Shown one piece after another: positions 23,521 through 34,819 of a stretch of DNA of 34,819 bases (its first letter is position 1; every line of letters starts with the position of its first letter). The DNA is from Chiloscyllium plagiosum. Lineage: Eukaryota. Below the pieces are notes generated by a model. The model saw nothing but the letters and a program-made list of their open reading frames with translations, ran no database searches and was not told the DNA's origin. The translations under genes and the position numbers were made by a program. The stretch is from NCBI RefSeq assembly GCF_004010195.1, contig NC_057711.1, positions 78,229,348 to 78,264,166 on the forward strand, in the 5' to 3' direction.

Positions 23521-25716
23521 CGTTTGGTGAGAATCTTTTTTGCTTTCTTCAACTTGAGGACAAAGAAAATTTACTTTTGATATAATTCAAATCCAGTAGT
23601 TGGAAAATTTGGAAAATAATGAAAACAGACAGCAAATGTGTATTTTACATACTTCCCAGTCTTACAAAGTGAGTGAAAATTTCTCCTGCATACTTGGATT
23701 GATCACAATATGATTTTTGCTGCACTTAGCCAAAAGAACTTCCAATCTAGCCAAATACATTAAACGAAAATATGATTTTCTGTAACCATCTTCCAAACCA
23801 CATGACCGAATTACTCAAGTGCAAGTTGAACACAACTGCCTGGGCACCTTAATTTCCCGCTCTCTCTGCACCTCCATCACAGAGGCATTGAAATGGAGAC
23901 CAATCCTGTGCACATACAAATAATTAAATTATAGCTTTTCCAGGAAGATGAAAGACAGATTTTTGGTGTCTCAATAAATCAAGACGTATGCAACATGGAA
24001 AGAAAAGTGGAGGCTGAAAAGTAATCATTTTATTTAATTATGTAGTAGACTTGATGGGCCATAGGGTGTACTGCTGTTCCTATATCTTCAAAAATGATTG
24101 ATTTTCCCCTCCTTAACCAGTGTCTCCAAGTGGCGAACATAATCCAAACTTCTCACCACATGACTTCACACCTACAACCACCCTCACCTTTGGGCACCTT
24201 ACTTTCAACATCACTGTTTTCCCATCTTTTTGGAATGTTGACAAGCAGCTGTTTTTAATGCTGACAAGCAATGTTTGAGGGATTACATTTTAAAATTCTG
24301 GAAATCTAAAAACTTTATCCCCAACCAAGAGCATCCCATCACACATTTTGAGATTAGCCAACTGAATACAAAGCTTGAATTAGAATCCTGCTAACTGATT
24401 TAGTTCATGAACTGACTAATTTAAACAGTTGACCTACCAGGAGAGCTTCTGATGTTATGTAATCCCTTTCAGGATTTTTAAAATTCTGATCAAAATGCGA
24501 AAATCAAATCTCAGCTACATAATCGGGACAGCAGAAAAAAAACTCCTTGCCAAAAGAAATGTGTAATTCAACAAGGCAAAACTACTAGAAATTTGAGCAC
24601 ATTTATTTGCCAGTGCTGCTCTGTCAAAAGATCAAAAACAAATATTCAATTCTCAAAGATAATTTAAAAGACTTAATTTACAGGTGCCATTTAGCTAAAC
24701 TACTCACAAAGGGGGCGTGTAATAGGACAAAACAGCAAATAACAATCGAAAGGATAACAAAACCTCCAGAGAGAACAAAACTAACTTAATAGACTATAAC
24801 GAAAAACGAAAGTAATTTTAGAAGTTAGATAACGAAAATCAAGGAAACCATTATGACCCGAAGCATAATCGCCACACCCAGCTTGCTCGTCTAGTTAGTG
24901 AAGCTGTGGAGTCAATAAAGATTAAAGAGACCCATGTGATAGATTGACGGTATTGCGATGCAGTTAAACAAAGTAGGGAAGAAACCTAAAGTTAGAAATC
25001 TATTCAAAGTGTAGCCCATTCAAGCTCCATTCTCATTAACCCGTCCAGAGTTGAGAGCAAAAAATGATTTCACCAGTTAGTCTGAAATAATTTCAAGGAC
25101 CACCCCCCCCAAATGAAAAAACGTTGCTAATGGTCACCAGTTTAGATTAAGTAATAGTGACTTCACCGAGACTCAGGACTTTTAAAATAAAAGGCAAGAC
25201 AACAGACTTCCGATACAAGTTTAACCAGTCCATTTACCTTCTCGCTCATTTTACTTCCACCTGAGGATCAAGTTACAGGAGCCGACAACAGGCCGCCAAC
25301 TTTAACAAAGTTCAACCCCGCACGGCGCCTAATAAACCACTCTGTAGGAACGACCACCACCTGCCTTTAAAGTAACCTGCATCATTAAACTCGAGACATT
25401 TATGATAACTTTTAAGCTAAATTGGGAGGAGGGAGAAAATGAAAATACAAAAGGGATTCAGGCCTGCATAAAAATATGTTGGAAACTACTGACATGCCGA
25501 CGCACCGGAAGGTTAATAACATTGACCAAGAAATGAGACTTACAAACAACTTATGACACTAGAATGAAGTATTAATCTACCTCAACAGGTCTCGCTTTCA
25601 GGTACATAAAGTGACAAATGATAGTTTTCCTGAGTTGAGTTTAACCCATTCAGATACAATGGAAACTAACTACTCAGGAGCTCTCCCCATGTAGCTGAGA
25701 ATACTTTGTTACTCAC

Positions 25717-25837
25717 CCAGCAGCAGCAGTTTGAGTTCCCTTCGAGCGTCTCTCTTGTCCCTCCTCAGTTGCCTCTCAATTTCGGCATTAATCCGCTGAG
25801 ACTCTTTATCCTCCTCGGATAGACAGCACCCCGCCAT
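25717..25837 (-). CDS. GNA14: First coding exon of G protein subunit alpha 14 (Gq family); 40 codons plus 1 nt, phase-1 donor
   Basis: Translates [40 protein letters not shown] then G|GTGAGT. MAGCC and KESQRI favour GNA14 over GNAQ/GNA11. The intron position matches the conserved Gq exon 1 boundary. Kozak context atcATGg; in-frame upstream stop at 25892-25894. Confidence 0.93.
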
Positions 25838-26260
25838 GATGGAGCCCAAACCAATGTCCCTGGGTAAAAGAGGAGCGCCAAGACAGACACCTCACGGATA
25901 CTCGGTACCGCCACAAGAGCCGTGCTTTAACACCCTCACAGCCACTTCACCATAGCCACGGCATGGAGAACTGCAGAATCACACAATATCAAAAAAAACA
26001 GCTTTGGTTTTTACTTCGTTCCTTTTGAACCTTTTTTTCTCTTGAATCAAAAGTTAACTTCAGTTTAAAGCACTCGTATGAAACATTTGAAAACTGCTGC
26101 TAGTAGAGACGTCTGAACTCCAGAGTGGGCGGGAATACGCGAAGAGGGAGGAGAAACAGAACCACTCCAACATAGAGAACAGCGAGCCGGCGGACATGCC
26201 TCAGTCTATCAAATGGCAAAGAAAAAAGGCGGTGCGACATGAAGACGAGGGCAAGACTAG
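25838..26260 (-). promoter_or_regulatory. 5'UTR and proximal promoter of GNA14 (CpG-retaining, GC box)
   Basis: Visibly more CpG than the flanks; GC box gggcgg at 26127-26132; repeat-free. The TSS cannot be determined from sequence. Confidence 0.55.
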
Positions 26261-26639
26261 TTCAAAACTGTTAGTACGGCTGAAAAATGGCGTTGCTGTA
26301 AATCTTTCGCTGGAAACCATTAAGAATTTTTGTTTTCTTTCCATTTAAATACTTTCTAAGATTGTTTTCGTCATACAATGTGCATGTTTCAAAGAGTGCC
26401 TTAAATTCAGCTGAGGGCATCAAGAATATGTTTGAATGCCATTGCTCATCCAGCAACATAACGTGCAAAATACCATATATTTGAATTAGTTCAATTTCAA
26501 AGTGACAAATCAAATATTTATGTTGTTCTGGATCATTTAATCCCAGCCGCAAAAAAAAACCCCATCTTTACAGATGCTGTCTGACTTATTTAGTCCGGTA
26601 TTTTCTGTTTGTATTACTTATGTAATTAAAGGTGATATA

Positions 26640-27070
26640 TAAATATATCTCCAAGGGTATCACCGGAGCATTATAAACTAATTTAGTAAGTCGATACAGA
26701 AATTTAGAATTAGGCGAATGTTATTTAACCCTTCCAGACACTCAATAAAGATCAGATCCTCTACGTTTGTGACCCATAAATCTTGACCTTTAGGTCAGGT
26801 GTTTGGTCACAGAGGTAGGTTTGAAGACTCATCTTAACGGGCAAAACAAGCTGGAAGAAACACAAAGTTCTGAGCAGAGGATTTCAGAGCCTGGGATCTC
26901 TGAAGCTAAATTGCTGGCCATGTGGCAGCGAATGCTCAAGAGTCTTGAATGAGTGAAGATATCTGAGAACTATGGGGACGGAGAAGGTTTCAAAGATAAA
27001 GGAGGATAAGACCGGGGAGAAATTTAAAAACGGAGATAACATTTTTAATAACAAGATGTTGTTGAGCAAA
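26640..27070 (-). mobile_element. Degenerate L2-type LINE 3' fragment
   Basis: Purine-rich decayed sequence resembling the reverse strand of vertebrate L2 3' regions (ggatttcagagcctgggatct...gaagct); recognition only. Confidence 0.4.
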
Positions 27071-28074
27071 AATAAAGATTGTCACTACTATCACGGAGAG
27101 AAACGTGGTGAGAACATGTGCAGGTGAATGTGAGTGGAAAATGTAAAGATACTAAGATACCTTCTGAATATAAATAATAAGCATACGTCCACGAATTTCA
27201 GAAGCGAAACTTTAAATAAAGACTTAACTAGATTTTAATTATGAAGGCATGATGCACCACACATCCCACTAATTTTAATACTTTCTGTATTTATTTACAC
27301 TCTGGTGTCTTCATTGGTTTCCAATAATCCATTTGATGCATATCTCATTTGTGCGTTTCATGATTAAACATTTTTATTTGCCAGTACTCTTGCTCCCGTA
27401 CAAGAAAAAAACTTAGAATTTCTAAGGGTCATTCGACGCGCACATTACAGCTGATTTCTCTCCACAGATGCGGTCAGACCTGTTGAGCTTTTCCAGCATT
27501 TTCTTTTGTTTTTGTTTAGAATTAAACACAAGATAATAAATTCGATCTCTGGGAAATATATGGTGTCGTGTTCTTGTTTTCTGACAGGGTCTCGTGAATA
27601 TCCACTAATTTTCAAATTTCCCACTAATGCAAATTATCACGTCAACCGGTACTTTTTTTATGAAACGTGTAGGCTGTCAAAAGAAACCGATATTCAGTGG
27701 AGTTTCTGAATTTAAGTCGCTTTTTAAAATAAGCCAAAAATAATTTCACTTCGCTCAGTAGTCTCTGGGTAATGTGAAGTTTAGATGACAAATGGCATTT
27801 TCTCTTCCGAGTGCTGTACGTCTGTTAGACAATCCGTTTTCCAACCTTGAAAGCTCAAGTTAAACCGATTCCATTTATTTTTGTTAAATTAGTGTAGATG
27901 GCTTTTTCCTCCTGAATCAGATATTAAAACGAACACAAGTCACCACCTCTTTTGCAGTTGGCGTTAGTTTAAAGGAAGCTTGTTAGCCACTTTGCGAACA
28001 AGCTGAATCCCGAATCCGAACGGTGAACAAAGTCGCCATCTGCAATGTTGCTGCTTCTTGTTGCCATTTAGCCT

Positions 28075-28089
28075 CCAACAGGAGGCGCT
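28075..28089 (+). promoter_or_regulatory. CTCF-like binding motif
   Basis: CCAACAGGAGGCGCT matches 12 of 14 positions of the consensus CCASYAGRKGGCRS, within a CpG-retaining non-repeat patch. Confidence 0.45.
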
Positions 28090-29349
28090 CGCGACATCGA
28101 AACTCTGCTTCAGGAATGAGATCAGTAACATTATTAATCCGTAAAAACTGAAAATTGGTTAATTCTTAAACAATCGCAGCATTTTTAGTATAATTTTATT
28201 AAACATAAGATTTTGAAGAACTGCTGTATGGAAAATATCTACCAGACAATTATGATTTAAACATTCTGGATCTGGTTGCTGGCACGTTCCGGGAGGAATA
28301 AGGCCAGCGATTCTATGCTTTGCACATGAGAGCTCCTTCTAAAACTGCATACGATGTTGAATGACAATTAAATTGGAAGAACGACCCAGACATACCAGAA
28401 TGTACAAAAATAAAGTCGTGTTGTTACCCTAAACGGCTAACTGCAAAATGGTAAAAGACAAAACAAAAGGTACATTCTATTTAAAAGCCGGAAAAAAAAC
28501 AGTATCAAATAACACGATTGTGCAGCTTCAATTTGTTCCAGCGCCCCCCACCCCCCTTCGGTGAAGCACTGATGCCAACCCTTATATGAACTACAGATTT
28601 GTCAGTTTAGCATAAACAGTTCGTGCTTAACGTGACAGATCTTTTCCTGTTGACCTTCTCCTGATGTGTGGAGGCGTACCGATGTTAGGAAAAGCCCTGA
28701 AATTCCGAGACGTTTTCCAAATCGGAAGAAATAAAGCGTTATAAATGAGACAATAAATTACGCTCTTATCAGGAGATAAAGGTAAAACAAAAGTGGAAAG
28801 CATTATTCATTACGCATATTTTCCTGTGATATATTTGGTAAAGTAACCGGCAGATTTATCCCTTCATTGACATTGGAAATACAATATGAACAATCGAAAG
28901 AAGATGAAAGGGGAGATAGCGAGTAACAAGAATGCATTTTGAATGTTTCTAGCCAGATCTGGCTGAATCCTATAGTAATCCTCTGCTAAAACCGTTCGCA
29001 ATTCCAAGGTCTTTATGGAAATTTAACCCTCAGCTTTTCTAAGGCAAATCTTTGAAATAAAAATAAAGTGCCGGAGAAATTCAGCAGTTATCTGTGGAAA
29101 ATGTAACAGAGTTACGTCTGATATGACTCTTAGTTAGAGCGAGAGAAGGATGAGATTTATTGGTCATTTATTAGACAATCCAATATCAGTTGCCTCTGTA
29201 ACACTATGTCATAAATCTGTCTTGCACCAACCAACTTGGCTAAACATACATTAATGTCCCAGCGCCAATGCTAACTTGTTAGTTTCTCTACTTTCTTTCT
29301 TATCTCCCTTCACACATCCCCTCCAACATCATGTTGCTCAATGAAGAGA

Positions 29350-30050
29350 TAGGGTAGTATAAGTGATAATATCACAGGACTAGTATCCCAGGTTAATGCT
29401 CTGGGGATGTAGGTCTATACTCCACCCAGGCAGCTAGTACAATTTAAATGGAATCATAGAATCCCTACAATGTGTAAGAATTCCCAATGTTTCTCCAAAG
29501 AGCAAGCATCCAGCCCAACCTTGTAACCACAACATTGTTAACCCACCTAACCCACACACCTCTAGACACGACAGGACAATTTAGCATGGCCAATCCACCT
29601 GACATACATATTGCTGTATTTTAGGTGGAAACTGGAGCAAACTCATGCAGACATGGGGAGAACATGTAATCTCAGATAGTCACCCAAAGCTGGAATTCAA
29701 CCCAGGTCCTAAGCACTGCGAGGCAGCAGTGCTAACCATGAGCCACTGTGCAGCCCTACAATTCGGTACATCTGGAATTAATCTTGTAAATTAGATAAAT
29801 ATAATTAGATAAATCTGGGATTTAAAAAAAGTAATCACCAGTCACAAAATCCAATTTGCTTCATTAATGCCCTTGAGAGCAAGAAATCTGGCATCCTAAT
29901 GTGTGACTCCAAACACACAGTATTGTGGTTAACTTGCAATTTCCCTCCAAAATGGCCTCTCAAACCATTCAGTTTAAGGACAAGTAGGGATGACTAAATG
30001 CTGACCACAGCAGTGATGTTAAATTCCATGAGAGAATAAAGAAATAAAAT
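29350..30050 (+). mobile_element. tRNA-derived SINE with L2-group tail, split by an HE1 insertion
   Basis: Head 29350-29450 is homologous to 12058-12140. Body and tail 29770-30050 end in a version of the 22240-22299 tail. Confidence 0.65.
29452..29756 (-). mobile_element. HE1-type V-SINE nested in an older SINE
   Basis: Minus strand gggctgcacagtggctcatggttagcactgctgcctcgc...gggattctatgatt. Confidence 0.85.
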
Positions 30051-30709
30051 ACAGCTTTGCTCCCTCAATCTATTCACACCAAACTCTGACCAAACAAAAC
30101 CCCAATTCAGATTCCATATTAACTGATAGCGAAGTTCTGTTGTCAACATTCCTCTCCTTGATCCCAACATGCTCGAAAACTAACATTCCCATCTCCAAGC
30201 TCATTTCCTGTCTAAAGCAATTCTATGTCCCTTCCCAAACCAGGTACTTCTTTTTTAGAATTCTGTTTTTGAATCCTTCAAGTCAGATTTCTACTGTGAC
30301 AAAATCACACTATTCCTTCACTTCCTGTGCCTCCCAACCTGTCAGTTGCATTTCATTTGATCATCCCAAACTTTTCCAACTCTTTGCCAATGTTGTCCAT
30401 TTACAATATTTGAAAAGTTTATTTTTCTGAGTGTACCTTATGTAATTTTTTTGAAAACATAACTGACTGCAAATTGCAAATGTATTCTGATGAGAAAAGA
30501 CAAAATTTAATAATTTTATAATTTAAGTTGTGGCATAATTAATTTCTCTAAATTGAAACAATCTCAGAATCAGAAGGAAAGCAATTTTAAACAAGCAATT
30601 AAAAGTTTATTGCCTCTTATGGCATGTAATTCTTAAATTATTTCTATGCTTTATTTGCCTCTACTCCTATATCTTCCAAAACATAAGCACATTATTGTGA
30701 ATAAAAATT

Positions 30710-32280
30710 TCATAGAATTATAAAATGGATACAGCGTGGAAGGAAACCATTTACTCCATCATATTCATACCAGGTCATGGCAACTGCAACTGACTCACCG
30801 CCACTCACCTCCCTTTTCTCTACAGCACTGAATTCATTTGTTTGCTCTTCAGGGCATTATTCAATGGCTTCTTGCAAGCCAATGGTTGAAGCTCTCTCTA
30901 GCCCATTTTTAGGAAATACATTCCAGATCCAAAATGCTTGCCAAATTAAAAAAAAGATTTTAAAAATCCTGTGCAGCATTTTTTTTGCCATCCAGTTTGA
31001 ATACAGAAATAATTGTTCTGCTTCTCAATTATTTGACTAATGGGATGTTTCTCCCCACCTACTCTTCCAGACCCTCAAGTTTTGAGCACCTCTACAAAGG
31101 TCTATCAAATTTCATCCCAATCTTCTTGAAGTAGAACAGCACGTCCTGCAACCATACTTGTAAATCATTTCTGTATTCTTTCTAATGTCTTTACATCTTT
31201 CCTATGTATGGTGCTAAGAATGGGACAAACCCATGCTTTTGACACTGGTTAAAAATCCAGGATACAGAATGGATTTTTCAGTCTTCACATACACACCAAA
31301 AGTGCTTTGCTATTACATTTTCTTTAGAATTGGATCCTTTATTTGATATTTCTTTCCCTCAATCCTCTTCTCAAAATGTATCATTTCACAATTTTGAAGA
31401 GTATAACATTTGCAATTCTCTCCAGTCCTCGAGCTGTCACTGTATCTAAGGAGAATTGGAAGCCTCTGAAATTTAAAATCATATTTCCTTCAGTATCCTC
31501 AAATGCATCTAATCTGTCCTGTCTTACTAACTGTAAATACAGTCAGTCTTTCTAATACTCTTTTTCAGTCTTTAGCATATCTAGTATCTCAATTACCAAA
31601 CTTTTACTTATGATTTTGGAACCATCATCTTCCTTGGTAAAGAACTCATTTAGCACCTCAGTCATGCTCTCTCTTTCATGCATACATTCCCTATTTATAA
31701 GATCGTAGAGTATGAACAGAAATAAGCCAATCAACCAAACTACTCTGCTCTATTCCGGCCATTCTTCCATTTCCCACCAATACTATAGTCCTATAAAGGA
31801 CTCAAATTCCACACTGTATTAGTTATGTCCGACATATGCTTGCTTCCCATTTCTTTTTCCACTTCACCTCTGTACTTTCTATATTCAGCTTGGTTCTCCT
31901 GTCATACCATTCTGGTACAGGCAATTACTTTCTGCTCCATTTCATTTTCTATTTATTTTGTCATCTAGCAAACTCTGGTTTGTTTGCTGTTTGGAGTTGT
32001 ACATCGATTGTACCTATTATCTAATATTTTTAAAGATAGTTCATTGTACTGTTATACTTCTGCCTTTCATCTCTTAGTTCACTTAATTGGATCAGATCTG
32101 TTCTCATCTCTTTGAAATTGGACACCCTCAAATAATTATTTTTATTCTGGATTACTAACTTGAACTTGATATCACGATAGTTGGGCCTTTCCAATGGCTG
32201 TCCTAAATTTTGTCTCTTCACATTGAACTCATGGATTTTTCCCTGACTTTTTGAAACACATAGAAACTTCAATTTAATTT
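30710..32280 (-). mobile_element. Degenerate CR1-type LINE
   Basis: catagaat tail at about 30710. ORF 31552..31734 (MTEVLNEFFTKED) is homologous to MGDILNEYFASVFTVE of the 16-20 kb CR1. Confidence 0.6.
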
Positions 32281-33242
32281 TTGCATATCTTTAAATACTT
32301 TGTTTCCTGACATAAGATCACCTTGAAGACATTACAATTTCAGGCTGAGTGCCACATTTTTCTTGTAATTGCTCAAACCATAACTCTTTACACCAGGGTC
32401 ATATCTGTGTTTGTAATTGCACTTAAATGTCTCTTGTTTGTCAATATTCAGAATGGACATAGTACTGAAGACATGGTCAGATCTGAGCACTGTGCAGTTA
32501 ATCTCAATTTATAATTGAGTTATGAATCATCAACAAGCTCAAATGCTAATTTGATTTTCTTCTCAGATGCTGCCAGACCCGCACTTCTAGTTTTTGCTTC
32601 AGAATTACATTTTACTGTACAAGAACTGTTTTGCCATTTACTTCAAAATTCAATGAGCTTTAATGAAAACAGAAAATTCTGGAAACACTCAGGTAGGCAG
32701 CACATTTAGAGAAAAAGTCAACATTTTAAGTCAATAACCTTTAACCAAAATCATGTTAACTTTGTTGATTTGTAACATGTATTAAGTGGCCATGTTAAGC
32801 ATGAGATTTGAAAAGATTATTCTTCAGATTTACCTTCAGCTTTTTCTAACCCTATTAACATTATACATGGTGAGTTTTCTTCCCTTCCTATTTGCAGAAT
32901 TTCATGCATTGGAGTCCTACTGTTCTTTTTATCCTGGAAACATATACTGCAATTCATTTTGTAATTTCTAAACTTACTCCTTCAAATTCATCATCTATAC
33001 TAATTTGATAGCATCTATAAATTGGATAATGTGCATTAAGTTTTTAAACCTAAGTCTGTACTAGAAGTTAAAGTTATTAACATAAAGGCCCCGTTTTTTA
33101 CAGCCAGAAAGAAAACATACACCACTGCACCTGTTTCAAGTCAACAAAAGAGATGACAGCCATTCATTGGTTTATTTCTATAGCAACACCCTGACTAATC
33201 AGTTAAGCTACCTAGTTTAAAATTTAAACAAAGTCTGACTGT

Positions 33243-33800
33243 TTCTTTTATTCATTCATGGGACGTACGCATTGCTGGCTGGGCCAACCTTTATTGCCCA
33301 TCCCTAATTGACCTTGAACCGATAATCTGTTAGGCCATTTCAAAATTTTCCCATGTGTCTTTTTTCAGCAGTACTCAATTCTATATTGGCAATAACTATC
33401 AATGATATAAATACTTTAAGCTCTCCAATCTGGAACATTTATTGTCCATCCTTAATTTCCCTGGAGAAGGTAGTGGTTAGCTACTTTCTTGAACTGATGC
33501 AGTCCATATGGTACAAATACATTGAAAGTACTCGTAGCGTCTTCTAGGATTTTGACCCAGTGACAATGAAGGAATGGTGATTTATTTCCAAGTCAGGATG
33601 TCAAGTGTCTTTGAGAAGAACTTGCATTGATGATATTTTCATGTATCTACTAGCATTCTCTTTCTAGGTGGTAGCAGGTTGGGTTTGGAAGGTGCTGTCA
33701 CAGAAGCTTTCTGAATACCACAGTGCATCTTGTAGATAGTACATGCTGCTACCGCTGATCATTAATGGTGAAAGGAATGGATAGGGTGCCAAGCAGAAGG
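33243..33800 (-). mobile_element. Two L2/Crack-group LINE/SINE 3' fragments (33243-33340 and 33435-33800)
   Basis: ttcattcatggga...tttattgcccatccctaattg, the reverse complement of the tail at 22240-22299, occurs twice. Confidence 0.6.
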
Positions 33801-34457
33801 GGAGTATCAACACATTGACTTCAGTGCCTAGTAACTCTGGCATAATGACTGTCAATTCTCTGCTCCTCTCTCTCAACAAGATAATTCCAATAAACAGCTG
33901 GGGAATTATTTATAATTATTTATTCTAAGTCTTTCCAGTTTGTTGGCAACTTGTATTTTGTTTGTATCAAAGCAGAAAATTGGAGGAAGGACTAGGAGAA
34001 GAGTGTTCAAAACAATTGGTTCACGTGGAGAGTCAACACTTACACACAGGTTGAGCCAAATAGTGCATTGCTTTTTTATAACTGTGTGCAATTACGTTCT
34101 CCTTAGTGATTAACTGTTATTGGAGTGCATGTTGTTCATGCTGGTTCTGGCAATGGAAGTAGTTTTTAAAAGTATGTTCTATTTTGTACTCACTCTCAGT
34201 TTAAAAGTCAGTTTTGCATATTTTACTACTTTTACCAATGATTAATCTTTTATTATTACAGTACTGAGATTTTTTTGACTATTTATTCCTCTACATTGTG
34301 CAAATTTGAATATTCATCCCTATAAATCCCTTTTATTTCCTCTTGTAGGATTTAACATTTTTGCAGTAATTCACTTGTAATCTAGTTGTTAATTTAATTA
34401 GGGTTACGCTAGTGTAATCTGAGTTTGGTGAGTAAAACTACCCTACACCTACAACAA

Positions 34458-34819
34458 GGAGAAAGTGAGGACTGCAGATGCTGGAGATCAGAGCTGAAAA
34501 CGTGTTGCTGGAAAAGCGCAGCAGGTCAGGCAGCATCCAAGGAACAGGAGAATCGACGTTTCGGGCATAAGCCCTTCTTCAGGAATGAGGAAAGTGTATC
34601 CAGCAGGTTAAGATAAAAGGTAGGGAAGAGGGACTTGGGGGAGGGGCATTGGAAATGCGATAGGTGGAAGGAGGTCAAGGTGAGGGTGATACGCCGGAGT
34701 GGGATGGGAGCGGAGAGGTCAGGAAGAAGATTGCAGATAAGGAAGGCGGTGCTGAGTTCGAGGGATTTGACTGAGACAAGGTGGGGGGAGGGGAAATGAG
34801 GAAACTGGAGAAGTCTGAG
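34458..34819 (-). mobile_element. Penelope-like element 3' terminus, same family as 1-1130 (continues beyond the window)
   Basis: 34521-34819 aligns collinearly with 1-299. Confidence 0.85.
34555..34582 (-). ncRNA. Minimal hammerhead ribozyme-like motif, core intact
   Basis: Minus strand CTGAAGA-A-GGGC-TTAT-GCCC-GAAACGTC. Confidence 0.7.

Larger units (their letters stand above)
1..25716 (-). other. GNA14: Intron 1 of the GNA14-like gene (probably extends beyond the window)
   Basis: Begins at the GTGAGT donor at 25716. Exon 2 (expected GTGESGKSTFIKQMRIIHG) was not recognised by eye or in the ORF track. Confidence 0.7.

Noticed and set aside
25232..25249. Possible alternative first exon ATG AGC GAG AAG|GTAAAT on the minus strand
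   Set aside because: The donor is phase 0 while exon 2 needs phase 1, and there is no other support.
25717..25837. Calling the exon GNAQ or GNA11
   Set aside because: There is no upstream in-frame ATG, and MAGCC and KESQRI match GNA14. Full-length phylogeny is still needed to confirm.
32972..32992. NLKE-like codons resembling the GNAQ C-terminus on the minus strand
   Set aside because: Flanked by in-frame stops and lacking FAAVKDTIL and YNLV; a chance match.
1..34819. Matching sequence at both window ends (1-299 versus 34521-34819) as LTRs of one giant element
   Set aside because: They are diverged, independent copies of an abundant PLE family, and a host exon lies between them.
1..34819. 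CRISPR arrays, operons or prokaryotic defence systems
   Set aside because: The DNA is vertebrate, with no repeat-spacer arrays or long intact ORFs.

Overview
Eukaryotic, repeat-rich vertebrate DNA, very probably a shark: it carries HE1-type V-SINEs, HER1/CR1 LINEs and Penelope-like elements. This assignment is from repeat recognition, not a database search. The only host coding sequence I can support is the first coding exon of a Gq-class G-protein alpha subunit, best matching GNA14 (minus strand, 25837..25717, [47 protein letters not shown] donor). Positions below 25717 appear to be intron 1 (no exon 2 recognised), and positions above about 26 kb are promoter or upstream DNA. The rest is layered mobile-element debris: several Penelope-like elements (PLEs), two with inverted pseudo-LTR structure; a near-full-length CR1 with an SGNH-esterase ORF1; L2-group LINE pieces; SINEs; a Tigger/pogo-like MITE; and a possible decayed Gypsy element. 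Best observations: (1) minimal hammerhead-ribozyme cores in three PLE-type families, with the copies on the GNA14 sense strand inside the intron mutated and the antisense or upstream copies intact; (2) a vestigial GNAQ/GNA11-like N-terminal extension (ATT-GGT-TTG-GGC-TCC-ATC-ATG) in frame with the GNA14 ATG; (3) a 69-bp inverted CR1 patch apparently copied from a neighbouring element; (4) a CTCF-like motif cluster upstream of the gene. I see no evidence of a novel multi-gene system. Repeat boundaries are approximate unless stated.
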